Source: Christensenella sp. UBA7584 (GTDB taxonomy: Bacteria > Bacillota > Clostridia > Christensenellales > UBA1242). From it: a stretch of DNA of 64,000 nt. The stretch spans positions 11,476-75,475 of the forward strand of contig DLKQ01000038.1 of the NCBI GenBank assembly GCA_002477805.1, read 5' to 3'. The translations under genes were made by a program, and so were the position numbers. The stretch's first letter is position 1; each line of letters begins with the position of its first letter. This document shows, piece after piece, positions 37,725 through 47,920 of the stretch. The notes under the pieces were generated by a model. That model was given only the letters and a program-made list of their open reading frames with translations. It had not been told where the DNA came from and made no database searches.

Positions 37725-38345
37725 ATGAAGAAAAATATGGAAATAAAATTAGAATCTCTGTATGAATTTTTAGTATCTTACAAAAATAAAAATGGCTTTT
37801 GCCCCTCTGTGAGAGAAATGTGTGAGGAACTCAAAATAAACTCAACTTCAACTATAACTTATTACTTAAATCGTCTTGAAGAGCAAGGAAAAATTCGAAG
37901 AGGTGCTTCTAAAAATAGAGCTATTGAAATTATTGACAAAAAAAACGCTCAATTATTGGAAGCAATCAGTTCATATCAACCTATTCCAATTTTAGGAAAT
38001 ATTACCGCTGGACAACCCATTTTGGCTGTAGAAAATTATGAAGATGTTTTCTATATGCCAACAGGACTTTTTCGTGGCGATGATTTGTTTATGCTCACAG
38101 TTCAAGGGGAAAGTATGATTGAAGCTGGGATTATGAACGGAGACAAGGTTATTATCAAAAGACAAGATACCGCTGAAAACGGAGATATTGTTGCAGCACT
38201 TGTTGACGACTCCGCAACTGTAAAAAGATTTTTTAAAGAAAATGGACATTATCGTCTTCAACCTGAAAACGCAACTATGGCGCCAATGATTTTTGATGAA
38301 TTGTCTATAATTGGAAAAGTCGTTGGACTAATTAGAACTTTTTAG
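37725..38345 (+). CDS. lexA: SOS repressor LexA
   Basis: N-terminal wHTH, Ala-Gly cleavage site (ITAGQP), and the Ser/Lys dyad (GESM, VKR). Confidence 0.93.
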   Translation: MKKNMEIKLESLYEFLVSYKNKNGFCPSVREMCEELKINSTSTITYYLNRLEEQGKIRRGASKNRAIEIIDKKNAQLLEAISSYQPIPILGNITAGQPILAVENYEDVFYMPTGLFRGDDLFMLTVQGESMIEAGIMNGDKVIIKRQDTAENGDIVAALVDDSATVKRFFKENGHYRLQPENATMAPMIFDELSIIGKVVGLIRTF

Positions 38346-38347
38346 TG

Positions 38348-38385
38348 AAAAAAGCCATCAAAAAATGATGGCTTTTTGTTTTTGT
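38348..38385 (+). terminator. Intrinsic terminator after lexA
   Basis: AAAAAGCCATCA-aaaaa-TGATGGCTTTTT followed by GTTTTTG. Confidence 0.85.
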
Positions 38386-38439
38386 GTTAAAATAATGGTT
38401 TCCCCCTAATAAAACCAGTTTTGACAGGGAAAATTCAAC

Positions 38440-38465
38440 ATAACTATGCGTAAAATATTTTTGCA
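38440..38465 (+). repeat. Copy D of the repeat family, identical over 26 nt to copy C
   Basis: ATAACTATGCGTAAAATATTTTTGCA, between converging lexA and miaA. Confidence 0.8.
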
Positions 38466-38570
38466 TAATATAATGCATATATCACATTTTAGAAAATATT
38501 TTATTTTTTCAATATGATTTAATATATTTAATTTGTAAAAAATAGCATTCAATTAAATTTTATAAAAAAA

Positions 38571-39311
38571 TTACTTTAAATAGTTTTTATAGTTTGCACA
38601 AATAAGGTTTATGGCATTTTCAATTTCTAATTGATTATCTACATCAACCCAAATTCCATCCATATGCTTAAACCAAGTTATTTGTCTTTTTGCGTAATTT
38701 CGGGTATTTTGTTTTACTTTTTCAATAGCACATTCAAGACTGTACTCATCATTTAGATATGCTAGTATTTCTTTGTATCCTATTGCTGTAGAACATTGAT
38801 TGTTTTCAATAAGTCCACTTTCTTTTAACATCTTCACCTCTTCCACAAGACCATTTTGAATCATTTTGTCAACTCTTTTGTTAATTTTTTTGTAGAGCTT
38901 TTCCCTATTCTGGTTCAATATCAAAAGAGTATAATCATAAACAGCTTGATTGCTTCTTTCCTTTTTTTTGAAATTATAGTCATATAAAAGAGATTCAATG
39001 TAAAGCCCTGTTCCCCCAACAATGACAGGAAGATTTCCTCTTGATAATATCTGAGTGATGAGTTGTTTCGACAAAAACATAAAGTTATAAGCGTTAAAAG
39101 TAGAATTGGTTGGAACAATATCTATCAAGTGATGTGGACAGATTTTTTTTTCATCTTCTGATGGCTTAGACGTTCCAACTTTTAAACCTTTGTAGACCTG
39201 AATTGAGTCTGCAGAAATAATTTCCATTTTCAACTTTTTAGATAGTGTAAGTGCAAATTCACTTTTTCCAACAGCAGTACTTCCACCAATAATTAATATC
39301 TTTTCTAACAT
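38571..39311 (-). CDS. miaA: tRNA dimethylallyltransferase MiaA (short form)
   Basis: P-loop GGSTAVGKS, DSIQVYKGL.VGT.KP, GGTGLY. The start ATG shares one base with the mutL stop (TAATG). Confidence 0.85.
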   Translation of the reverse strand: MLEKILIIGGSTAVGKSEFALTLSKKLKMEIISADSIQVYKGLKVGTSKPSEDEKKICPHHLIDIVPTNSTFNAYNFMFLSKQLITQILSRGNLPVIVGGTGLYIESLLYDYNFKKKERSNQAVYDYTLLILNQNREKLYKKINKRVDKMIQNGLVEEVKMLKESGLIENNQCSTAIGYKEILAYLNDEYSLECAIEKVKQNTRNYAKRQITWFKHMDGIWVDVDNQLEIENAINLICANYKNYLK

Positions 39312-41266
39312 TACAAGACCCTTTTGAACCACTTGTCAATATCGTTTCTTGTTAGCTCCACGACAAAAGGTCTACCGTGTGGACACTGAAGTTGTGTTCC
39401 ACCTCTTGCAATATCTTCTAAAAGGTTACTTATTTCCTCTTTTGTTAAATCATCTCCACCTTTGACAGCGTGTTTGCAAGCACTTTGAGCCAATCTATCT
39501 AGTGCCATGTCCTCACTTTTTAAACTTAAGATTGTATTCATATCTTTAAGTATTTCACTAAAGAAACTCGACAAATCAATGTTCTGCAAGTTATATGGAA
39601 TAGTTGAAACCTTAAAACTTTTGCTGCCGAAATCCTCTACTTCAAAACCTAATCTTTCAAGATTATCTATGTTTTCACTTATAAATTGATGTTCAACATT
39701 GTTTGTCTCAAGAACAAATGGAATTAATAAGGGTTGAGCATAAAATTCTTTTCGTTTTAAAACCGCAACTAGTTTATCATACAAAATTCGTTCGTGTGCA
39801 GCGTGTTGATCTATAATATAAACTTTATCCTCTATTTCCACAATTATAAATGTATTAAAAATTTTGCCAACAATTTTAATAGAAAGTAAATCAAAATTTT
39901 TACTCATTCCATCAAAAAGATTTTGTTGTAAGACAACTTTAGGCTCGATTTTTTCTTCTTTTTTTGGATTATCGGATACAAAGCTTTCTTCATTAACCTT
40001 ACCAAATAGACGTTCAAATTCACTCAGTCTAGAATTTAATCCCTCACCAAAATTTGAATCAAAATCACTACAAGATTTTTTTTGTTCTAGAATAATTTCA
40101 TTTAGTAATGATTCATTTTGTGAAACACCAAAATCTGCCTGTTGGTTAAAAGCTGTGTTAAATTGATTGAAATTTTTAGGCTCTGAAGTAACAATAACTT
40201 CCTCCGTGTCTTTTTTCTCAATCGGAGCATAAAGTTGTTCGGCTTTTTGCCTTGTTTCTTCATTTTGTGCAGGTGCATTTCTAAATCTCATAAGAGCGTT
40301 ATCAATAATGTGGTTAACTGCACTAAAAACCTTTTGCTGGTCTTTAAACTTGACTTCGAGTTTGTTTGGATGAACATTTACATCAACAAAGTCCATTGGT
40401 ACATTTAAGTGGAGAACAAAAAATGGAAAAGCTCTTGTCATTAAATAGTCATCAAAAACCCGCCCTACTGCGGTCGAAATTAATTTACAACTAACATATC
40501 TTCCATTAATAACAACTGTTTGATAAGTTGTATTAGGTTTTGCGAAAGTTGGTTTTCCTATATATCCATTAATCTCTATGTCACCACTCTTTGCATTTAC
40601 TGGTACTACCTTATCCAAAATTGAAGAACCATAAACACTATAGAGTGCATTTTCAAGACACGAACCGTTACTTTGATAAACGATTTTATTTTCTACAACA
40701 TATTTAAACGCTATACTGGGATTTGCTAAAATAAGGCGCGATACAATTTCACTAATTGCCATCTCTTCCTGTTTTGGTTTTTTCAAAAATTTATATCTAA
40801 CAGGAATATTAAAAAATAAATTTTTTACTTGAATTTGGGTCCCGACAGGAGCTCCGACTTGAGTTCTGTCAAAAAGGAAACCAGCATTCATATTAATGCA
40901 CGTTGCAAATGGAGCATATTGTGTTCTTGTTGTCACTACAACTTCACTTACAGAAGCAATTGAAGCTAAAGCTTCACCTCTAAACCCAAGTGTCATAATA
41001 TTTTCAAGGTCTTTTTCATTTTTCACTTTACTTGTGGCGTGAGGCATAAAAGCCATTTCTATTTCATCACTTTCAATACCACAACCATTATCTGTTACCT
41101 CAATAAATGAAATTCCTCCATTTAAAATAGAGATATCAATTTGAGTAGCTCCTGAATCTATACTGTTTTCAACCAATTCTTTTACGACAGAAGCTGGTCT
41201 TTCCACAACTTCTCCTGCAGCAATTTTGTTATAAACACTTGGTTCCAACAAATTAATTTTTGCCAT
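39311..41266 (-). CDS. mutL: DNA mismatch repair protein MutL
   Basis: GHKL ATPase motifs (ELVENSIDSGA, DNGCGI, GFRGEAL) and the C-terminal DQHAAHERILYDKL endonuclease motif. Confidence 0.95.
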   Translation of the reverse strand: MAKINLLEPSVYNKIAAGEVVERPASVVKELVENSIDSGATQIDISILNGGISFIEVTDNGCGIESDEIEMAFMPHATSKVKNEKDLENIMTLGFRGEALASIASVSEVVVTTRTQYAPFATCINMNAGFLFDRTQVGAPVGTQIQVKNLFFNIPVRYKFLKKPKQEEMAISEIVSRLILANPSIAFKYVVENKIVYQSNGSCLENALYSVYGSSILDKVVPVNAKSGDIEINGYIGKPTFAKPNTTYQTVVINGRYVSCKLISTAVGRVFDDYLMTRAFPFFVLHLNVPMDFVDVNVHPNKLEVKFKDQQKVFSAVNHIIDNALMRFRNAPAQNEETRQKAEQLYAPIEKKDTEEVIVTSEPKNFNQFNTAFNQQADFGVSQNESLLNEIILEQKKSCSDFDSNFGEGLNSRLSEFERLFGKVNEESFVSDNPKKEEKIEPKVVLQQNLFDGMSKNFDLLSIKIVGKIFNTFIIVEIEDKVYIIDQHAAHERILYDKLVAVLKRKEFYAQPLLIPFVLETNNVEHQFISENIDNLERLGFEVEDFGSKSFKVSTIPYNLQNIDLSSFFSEILKDMNTILSLKSEDMALDRLAQSACKHAVKGGDDLTKEEISNLLEDIARGGTQLQCPHGRPFVVELTRNDIDKWFKRVL

Positions 41267-41269
41267 TTT

Positions 41270-43852
41270 TTACTCCTTTATCAAATCTTTTAACTCTGAA
41301 AGTTTACTTATTGCTTCAAGTGGCGTCAAAATATTTGGATCAATAATCTCGAGATATTTTATTACTTTTTCGGTAGAGCTGTTGTCACTCTCCTTTTTTT
41401 CTAATGTAAAATCATCAATCGAAGTGTTTAAAACACGCTCTTCGTGAAAATGAAGAACCTCCCTCGCTCTATCAACAACACTACTGCATATTCCGGCTAA
41501 TATTGCAACTTCAATTCCAAAACTTTTATTTGCACTACCAGCAACAATGTTGTGTAAAAATATTATTGAGTTATTAAACTCCTTAACAGCAACGTGAAAA
41601 TTTTTTATACCATCCATTTTGCCTTCTAGTTCCGTTATTTCGTGGTAATGTGTTGCAAAAAGAGTATGCGCTTTTATATTATTTGTAATATATTCCACGA
41701 CTGCCCAGGCGATACTCAATCCATCATATGTTGAAGTTCCTCTTCCTATCTCATCTAAAATAAGTAAGCTCTTATCTGTAGCGTTTTGCAAGATGCTAGC
41801 AACTTCTATCATTTCGACCATAAAAGTGCTTTGTCCCATACCCAAATTATCCGAAGCTCCAATTCGTGTAAAAATGCGGTCACAAATTCTTATTTCTGCA
41901 CTGGAAGCTGGAACAAAACAGCCAATATGTGCCATTATTGTAATAAGTGCTACTTGGCGCATATATGTACTTTTTCCAGACATATTTGGCCCTGTAATAA
42001 TTATTGTTCTAGAGTTTTCATCTAATGTAACATCATTTGGAACAAAACGGGAATTTTTATTTATTTTTTCAACAACAGGGTGTCTTCCACCAATAATTTT
42101 TGTGTGGTTTAGTTTGCTGTTTATCACAGGTCTTGAGTATCTGTTTTCGATAGCCACTGTTGCAAAATTCGCAAGAACATCAAGTACTGCAACCTGTTTT
42201 GAGGAGTTTTGTAAATCTTGTATGTGAGTTTTAATTTCTTCTTTTATCTCATTAAATAATTTTTGTTCTAGCTTCGAAATATTTTCTTCTGCTCCCAAAA
42301 TCATTTCGTTGAGTTTGTTGAGGTCGTCAGAAACAAAACGCTCACTATTCGACAAACTTTGTTTTCTTACAAATCTAAAAGGGACTTTTTCCTTACTTCC
42401 AAGAGGAACTTCAAAGAAATAACCTAAAAGATTGTTGAACTTTATTTTAAGGGTTTTAATTCCTGTAAGTTCTTTTTCTTTATTTTCGAGGTCAACTATC
42501 CACTTTTTTCCATTTCTTCTTGCATCAATAAATTTATCTAGCTCATCTGAAAAACCTTCTTTTATGAAATCCCCATCTTTTGCTGATACTGGAACCTCTT
42601 CTTTGAATGCTCGTTCTAGTAAATTTTCAAGCTCGGAAAAGTCTGGGATATTATTATAACAATTTTTAATCAAATTAGATTTAAAATTTGATATTAGTTT
42701 TTTAATCTGTGGTAATTTTTTTAACGATTTTTTAATATCCACACAACCTCGTGGCCCAACACTTCCGTAAGAAACTCTTCCACAAAGTCTTTCAACATCA
42801 CTAAACGTCTTTAAAATTTGTAAAAGTTCGTCTCTATGTACATTTTCAGAAATAAGCTCTTCAACAGCATCTAACCTGTCATTGATTTCTTTTTCATCTC
42901 TTAGTGGTCTATTAAGCCAACTTTCAAGCGTTCTTCTGCCCATTGTGGTTTCAGTTTTGTCTAAAACCCATATAAGCGAGCCTTTCCTTTTTCTGTCATA
43001 AATTGTTTCTGTAAGTTCCAAATTTAGTTTCGCATTCGCATCAAGGTATAAAAAACTTTCATCTTTTTGAACATTTAAGTGATTTATATGGCTAAGACTT
43101 CTTTTTTGAGTTTGTGACAAATATTCTAGGAGTGCTCCAGCTGAACATAGTCCTGATGGCTTATCTTTACAATCCAAAACCGCAATACTTCCAATTTTTA
43201 ATTGCTTTAAGATGTTATTAGTAGCATTTTGATACTCGTATGCAAAATCTAAGAATTTATAGAATCTTGGAACAAGTTCTGTTCTAACACAAGGTATGCC
43301 ATCACTTTCACTAAAAGCAAGTGAATTTGAAATAATTTCGCTTGGTCTAATTCCTGTTAATGTATCATTTAGATTTGCAATAGCTGTATCACCATTAAAT
43401 TGAGTCATATTAAATTCACCAGTTGAAAGATCAAGCCACGAAAGACCAATTTCATTTTTATTTTTCATAAATACTGATGAAATAAAATTATTGCTCGGCT
43501 TTAGAATATTTTCTTCCATAACAGTACCAGGTGTTATTATTCTTACAATATCTCTTGTTACAACTTCACCAGGTTTAGGCTCTGATAATTGCTCACAGAT
43601 ACCTACTTTATATCCAAGATCTAAAAGTCTTGCAACATAGGTTTCAGCACTATGAAATGGCACACCGCACATTGGTGCCTTGTCTGGAAGTCCACAATCC
43701 CTTGAGGTTAAGGTAATACCTAAAAGCTTGGACACTAGTTGTGCATCTTCAAAAAACATTTCATAAAAATCACCCAACCTATAGAAGATAATAGTGTCAT
43801 TATGTTTTTGTTTTAATTCAACATAGTGTTGCATCATTGGTGTTAGTGCCAT
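41270..43852 (-). CDS. mutS: DNA mismatch repair protein MutS
   Basis: Mismatch-binding GDFYEMF, Walker A GPNMSGKST, DEIGRGTSTYDG. Confidence 0.97.
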   Translation of the reverse strand: MALTPMMQHYVELKQKHNDTIIFYRLGDFYEMFFEDAQLVSKLLGITLTSRDCGLPDKAPMCGVPFHSAETYVARLLDLGYKVGICEQLSEPKPGEVVTRDIVRIITPGTVMEENILKPSNNFISSVFMKNKNEIGLSWLDLSTGEFNMTQFNGDTAIANLNDTLTGIRPSEIISNSLAFSESDGIPCVRTELVPRFYKFLDFAYEYQNATNNILKQLKIGSIAVLDCKDKPSGLCSAGALLEYLSQTQKRSLSHINHLNVQKDESFLYLDANAKLNLELTETIYDRKRKGSLIWVLDKTETTMGRRTLESWLNRPLRDEKEINDRLDAVEELISENVHRDELLQILKTFSDVERLCGRVSYGSVGPRGCVDIKKSLKKLPQIKKLISNFKSNLIKNCYNNIPDFSELENLLERAFKEEVPVSAKDGDFIKEGFSDELDKFIDARRNGKKWIVDLENKEKELTGIKTLKIKFNNLLGYFFEVPLGSKEKVPFRFVRKQSLSNSERFVSDDLNKLNEMILGAEENISKLEQKLFNEIKEEIKTHIQDLQNSSKQVAVLDVLANFATVAIENRYSRPVINSKLNHTKIIGGRHPVVEKINKNSRFVPNDVTLDENSRTIIITGPNMSGKSTYMRQVALITIMAHIGCFVPASSAEIRICDRIFTRIGASDNLGMGQSTFMVEMIEVASILQNATDKSLLILDEIGRGTSTYDGLSIAWAVVEYITNNIKAHTLFATHYHEITELEGKMDGIKNFHVAVKEFNNSIIFLHNIVAGSANKSFGIEVAILAGICSSVVDRAREVLHFHEERVLNTSIDDFTLEKKESDNSSTEKVIKYLEIIDPNILTPLEAISKLSELKDLIKE

Positions 43853-45183
43853 TACTTATTCACCTCACCATATAAATTCCCAGATTTGTAAGCGGAAATT
43901 TTCACATCAACAAACTGCCCTACACTTAGTTTTTGATTATCTGTAATTTTAACAACTTTGCCACATTGAGTTTTTCCAATAAACATTGTAGCTGTTTCAC
44001 TTTCAACAAACACTCTTTTTTCTATTTTTCCAACCAGTCCACAAAAGTGTTCATTAGTAATTTCTTTTTGTATTTCAAGAAGCCTGTGAATTCTGTCCCG
44101 TTTGATTTCAATAGGAAGATGTCCTTCCATTTTTTCTGCAACCGTACCTTTTCGTTTACTGTACATAAATATATAGGCGTTACTAAACTTTACTTCTTGA
44201 AGTAACTTTACTGTATCAATAAAATCTTCTTCAGTTTCGCCAGCAAATCCTACTATAATATCAGTTGAAAGTGTTACTTCTGGAACTTTATCTCTCAACT
44301 TTTTAACAATAGAAAGGTATTTTTCCCTTGTGTAATTTCTGTTCATTAGTTTTAGGATTTTATTACTACCGCTTTGAACGGGTAAGTGTACTGCTCTGCT
44401 AATTTTTGGACACTTAGCTATAGTATCAATAAGTTTGTCAGATAAATCTTTTGGGTGACTGCTCATAAATCTAATTTCAAAATCACCTTCAAAATTTGCT
44501 ATAGTTTCCAGAAGTGTCGGGAAATCAGTTTTTTCGTCCTGAAAATCATTTCCATACGAATTAACATTTTGACCCAAAAGTGTAATAATTTTATAACCCA
44601 TCTTAATGAGGCTTTTAACTTCTGCATAAATTTCTTCACTTGGCCTACTTCTTTCCCTACCTCTTACATAAGGTACAATACAATAAGTACAAAAATTATT
44701 ACATCCATAAGTTATATTAACAAATGCTGAATATTGATTGTCTCTGACAATTTTTAGCGAGCGAGTACTACTTTGATAACTTTCGTCCTCCACAATATTT
44801 GCCTGATATTTTTTTTGCTTTAAATAAGTGTCAAGATATTCACCGAAAAATTCAACATTATTTGCACCAAAGATTATGTTAATGAATGGAAATTTTTTCT
44901 TTAAACTAGCTTCTACGTTTTTCTGTTGAGGCATACAACCACAAACAGCCACAATTAAATTAGGATTTTTTTTCTTTATTGGTTTTGCATTTCCGATATT
45001 TCCCAAAGCACGCTGTTCAGCGCTTTCACGAATACAGCAGGTATTGTAGACAATAACATCTGCATTTTCGGGACAATCTGAAAGAGTGTATCCCCTTTCC
45101 TCTAAAATTCCAGCCAATTTTTCAGACTCGTGAACATTCATTTGGCAACCATAAGTATATATAAAATATTTTCCGTTTTGCAT
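43852..45183 (-). CDS. miaB: tRNA-2-methylthio-N6-dimethylallyladenosine synthase MiaB
   Basis: N-terminal Cys triad (YGCQMN, NTCCIRE, VCGCM), radical SAM YGCNNFCTYCIVP, C-terminal TRAM domain. TAATG junction with mutS. Confidence 0.92.
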   Translation of the reverse strand: MQNGKYFIYTYGCQMNVHESEKLAGILEERGYTLSDCPENADVIVYNTCCIRESAEQRALGNIGNAKPIKKKNPNLIVAVCGCMPQQKNVEASLKKKFPFINIIFGANNVEFFGEYLDTYLKQKKYQANIVEDESYQSSTRSLKIVRDNQYSAFVNITYGCNNFCTYCIVPYVRGRERSRPSEEIYAEVKSLIKMGYKIITLLGQNVNSYGNDFQDEKTDFPTLLETIANFEGDFEIRFMSSHPKDLSDKLIDTIAKCPKISRAVHLPVQSGSNKILKLMNRNYTREKYLSIVKKLRDKVPEVTLSTDIIVGFAGETEEDFIDTVKLLQEVKFSNAYIFMYSKRKGTVAEKMEGHLPIEIKRDRIHRLLEIQKEITNEHFCGLVGKIEKRVFVESETATMFIGKTQCGKVVKITDNQKLSVGQFVDVKISAYKSGNLYGEVNK

Positions 45184-45287
45184 TTAACTTCTCCTTGTAA
45201 TGATTATACAACAAAATAAAAATAAATTCAACAGAAATGGGAATTAAACCCAAAATTTTGTTACATAATATACAAAAAGAGGAAAAT

Positions 45288-47540
45288 ATGAAATTATTTG
45301 CAAAAATTATAATAATTTGCTTGTTAATTATTTCAAGTATTAGTGTAGGTTTTGGGTTATATACATATATTTCTATTTCACAAATTGGCAATAATTTAAT
45401 TACAAATCACAGTTTACTTGGAACTTTAAATACACAAATAGAAATTTTTGATAATGAAAACAAACTTTTAACCCCCTCTAACACTAATGGTAAAAAGATT
45501 GCAAATATTGATAATTTACCTGAATATGTAGCAAAAGCTTTTATTGCAATAGAGGACAAAAATTTTTATAGCCACAATGGCCTAAATTTAAAACGAATAG
45601 CAAAGGCAACGCTAAATAATTTATTTAGTGGGTACGCAAAAGAAGGTGGTTCTACTATTAGTCAGCAACTTGTTAAAAATGTTCATCTAACGAATGATAA
45701 AACATTCAAAAGGAAAATCCAAGAGGCTTATCTTACTTCCAATCTTGAATCTCAATACTCAAAAAGAGATATTTTGGAAACTTACTTAAATGTAATATAT
45801 TTCGGGAATGGTGCTATAGGAATAGAAAGTGCATCTCAAACATATTTCAATTGTAGTGCAAAAGACCTCTCAATTGCACAAAGTGCCGCTCTTGCTGGAA
45901 TAATAAAATCACCAGCAACATATTCACCAATCACAAATCCTGAAGCGTCTAAAAAAAGAAGAGATGTTGTTTTAAAAGAAATGTTTAAAGAGAATTTTAT
46001 AAGCAAAAATGAATATCAACAAGCAATTAAAGAACCATTACAAACTGTAAATTTTAAAAGCACAATAAATACAAGTTCGTTTTATTCAAAAACAATTCAA
46101 GAAGCACAGAAAATATTAAATCTGAGTGAAAAAGATGTAGCTCTTTCAAAGTACAAAATATATACATATCTTGACAACAATCTTCAAAACACAATAAATA
46201 CATCTCTGCAAAAAGCATTAAGCAAAACCGGAAAAAAAGTCGATGGCACAATTTGCGTTGTGGATAATCAAACAATGGGTATAAAAGCACTAACGACTTC
46301 ACTAAGTAATGTAGATACCACGAGGCAACCAGGAAGCCTTATTAAACCAATTATTTGTTATGCACCAGCTTTGGAAAATGGGATAATCACCCCTGCAAGC
46401 CCAATACTAGATGAGAAAATCAGTTACGGAAATTGGTTACCAGAAAATGTAGATGGAAAATTTGATGGGATTATCTCCGCAAGACAAGCACTATCTCAAT
46501 CTAAAAATATACCTGCAGTGAAAATTTTAGACTATGTAGGCGTTAATAATGCAAAAGCTTTTGCCACAAAAATGGGCATTGATTTCAAAGATGAAGAACA
46601 TCTTGCCTTGGCTTTAGGGGCAATGAAATACGGAGTGACTCCACTACAAATTTGCGCGTGTTACGCAACTCTCGCCAATGGTGGGCAATTCTCTACGCCT
46701 CGCTTTATTAGAAAGATTGAAAATTTTGATGGAAAAGTTATTTACTCTGATATAAAAAAATCAACACAGATTTTTAGCGAAGATACCGCCTATCTAATCA
46801 GCGACATTCTTAAAGATAGCGTGACAGATGGAACAGCTAAAAAACTTAGAAATATTGGCATAAAGTTGTCTGCAAAAACTGGAACTGTTGGCTCATCAAA
46901 TAATTTTGAAAACACTGATGCTTGGTGTGCAAGTTATAATGCAAATAACACAATTTGTGCTTGGGTTGGAAATGTAACATCACAAATAGATAATAATCTC
47001 TCAAAAATTCAAAATGGTGGAACAATTTCCGCTGGACTATGCAAAGATGCGTGGAACTTTTTTGACAAAACAAAACAAAACTGGGTTAAAAAACCTGAAG
47101 GTATAGAAGAGGCCTATGTTGACCTGTTTGATTGGAAAAACAAACAACTAGTTAATATCGCGAGCGAGAATACTCCAGACAGATACAAATTTAAAGAAAT
47201 CTTTTCTTCTAGTCATTTTCCAAAAACACAAAGCGAGAATTTTGAAACTATTACACCACCAAAACTGGAAATTTCACAGCAAAGTGACACACTCACATTA
47301 CATTGGAACAGTCAGCAATTTTTAAATTACGATGTTTATGAAAATGGAAAATTAATTTCTCAAAATTCAAATTCACCATTTAAAACAGAATTCAAGGAAG
47401 GAAAAACTAATTATTATATTATTGCAAAAAGTAAATTTAAAAATGAACAACAAGCAAAAAGCAATGAAATTAATATGTATAAACATCAAGTAATAAATAG
47501 CAATGTAAAAAATATTTCGAAAAAATGGCTTTTTAGTTAA
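45288..47540 (+). CDS. Class A penicillin-binding protein (glycosyltransferase/transpeptidase)
   Basis: GT51 motifs EDKNFYSHNG and GGSTISQQL. Transpeptidase SLIK (SxxK) and KTGT motifs. I place the start at ATG 45288, behind AAGAGGA. Confidence 0.88.
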   Translation: MKLFAKIIIICLLIISSISVGFGLYTYISISQIGNNLITNHSLLGTLNTQIEIFDNENKLLTPSNTNGKKIANIDNLPEYVAKAFIAIEDKNFYSHNGLNLKRIAKATLNNLFSGYAKEGGSTISQQLVKNVHLTNDKTFKRKIQEAYLTSNLESQYSKRDILETYLNVIYFGNGAIGIESASQTYFNCSAKDLSIAQSAALAGIIKSPATYSPITNPEASKKRRDVVLKEMFKENFISKNEYQQAIKEPLQTVNFKSTINTSSFYSKTIQEAQKILNLSEKDVALSKYKIYTYLDNNLQNTINTSLQKALSKTGKKVDGTICVVDNQTMGIKALTTSLSNVDTTRQPGSLIKPIICYAPALENGIITPASPILDEKISYGNWLPENVDGKFDGIISARQALSQSKNIPAVKILDYVGVNNAKAFATKMGIDFKDEEHLALALGAMKYGVTPLQICACYATLANGGQFSTPRFIRKIENFDGKVIYSDIKKSTQIFSEDTAYLISDILKDSVTDGTAKKLRNIGIKLSAKTGTVGSSNNFENTDAWCASYNANNTICAWVGNVTSQIDNNLSKIQNGGTISAGLCKDAWNFFDKTKQNWVKKPEGIEEAYVDLFDWKNKQLVNIASENTPDRYKFKEIFSSSHFPKTQSENFETITPPKLEISQQSDTLTLHWNSQQFLNYDVYENGKLISQNSNSPFKTEFKEGKTNYYIIAKSKFKNEQQAKSNEINMYKHQVINSNVKNISKKWLFS

Positions 47541-47879
47541 TAAAACATTGTAAATAAAAACATATAAATTTACTATCGAAAAACAAAAAACTTAAAAAGT
47601 AGTTCAATTGGTTTTACTATGGAATATAATGAGTGTAAACGAATACTATACAAATTTAATTTCAGTGTAGTTATGTAAAAAACTTTTCCGATCAAAGCAA
47701 ATATAGAAAGATAAAAATAATAAAAATCCACCCTTATACCTGATGCATAATAGGTAATGTCCTACTACAGCTAAATTAATCACAGATAATCTGGGGAGTT
47801 ATTAATAATAAATAGGCAGATTATCTGCCTATTTATACTCCATATTCTCTCTTTACACTAAAAAGCCCTATTTGAATAC

Positions 47880-47912
47880 ATAATTATGCGTAAAATCATT
47901 TTGCATAGTACT
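47880..47912 (+). repeat. Copy E of the repeat family
   Basis: ATAATTATGCGTAAAATCATTTTGCATAGTACT, ending 8 nt from the thiI stop codon. Confidence 0.75.
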
Positions 47913-47920
47913 TCATAATA

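Noticed and set aside
38386-38570. Expected hfq downstream of miaA, as in Bacillus and Clostridium miaA-hfq pairs
   Set aside because: The 185-bp gap has no ORF or Sm-motif remnant on either strand. The absence is noted, but hfq may be elsewhere or genuinely missing, which is common enough not to report as a finding.
47541-47880. Possible sRNA or riboswitch between the PBP gene and thiI, including the paired palindromes CAGATAATCTG (47783-47793) and CAGATTATCTG (47817-47827)
   Set aside because: The second palindrome is the core of an ordinary terminator hairpin. The region lies between converging genes and shows no conserved riboswitch core that I can recognise.
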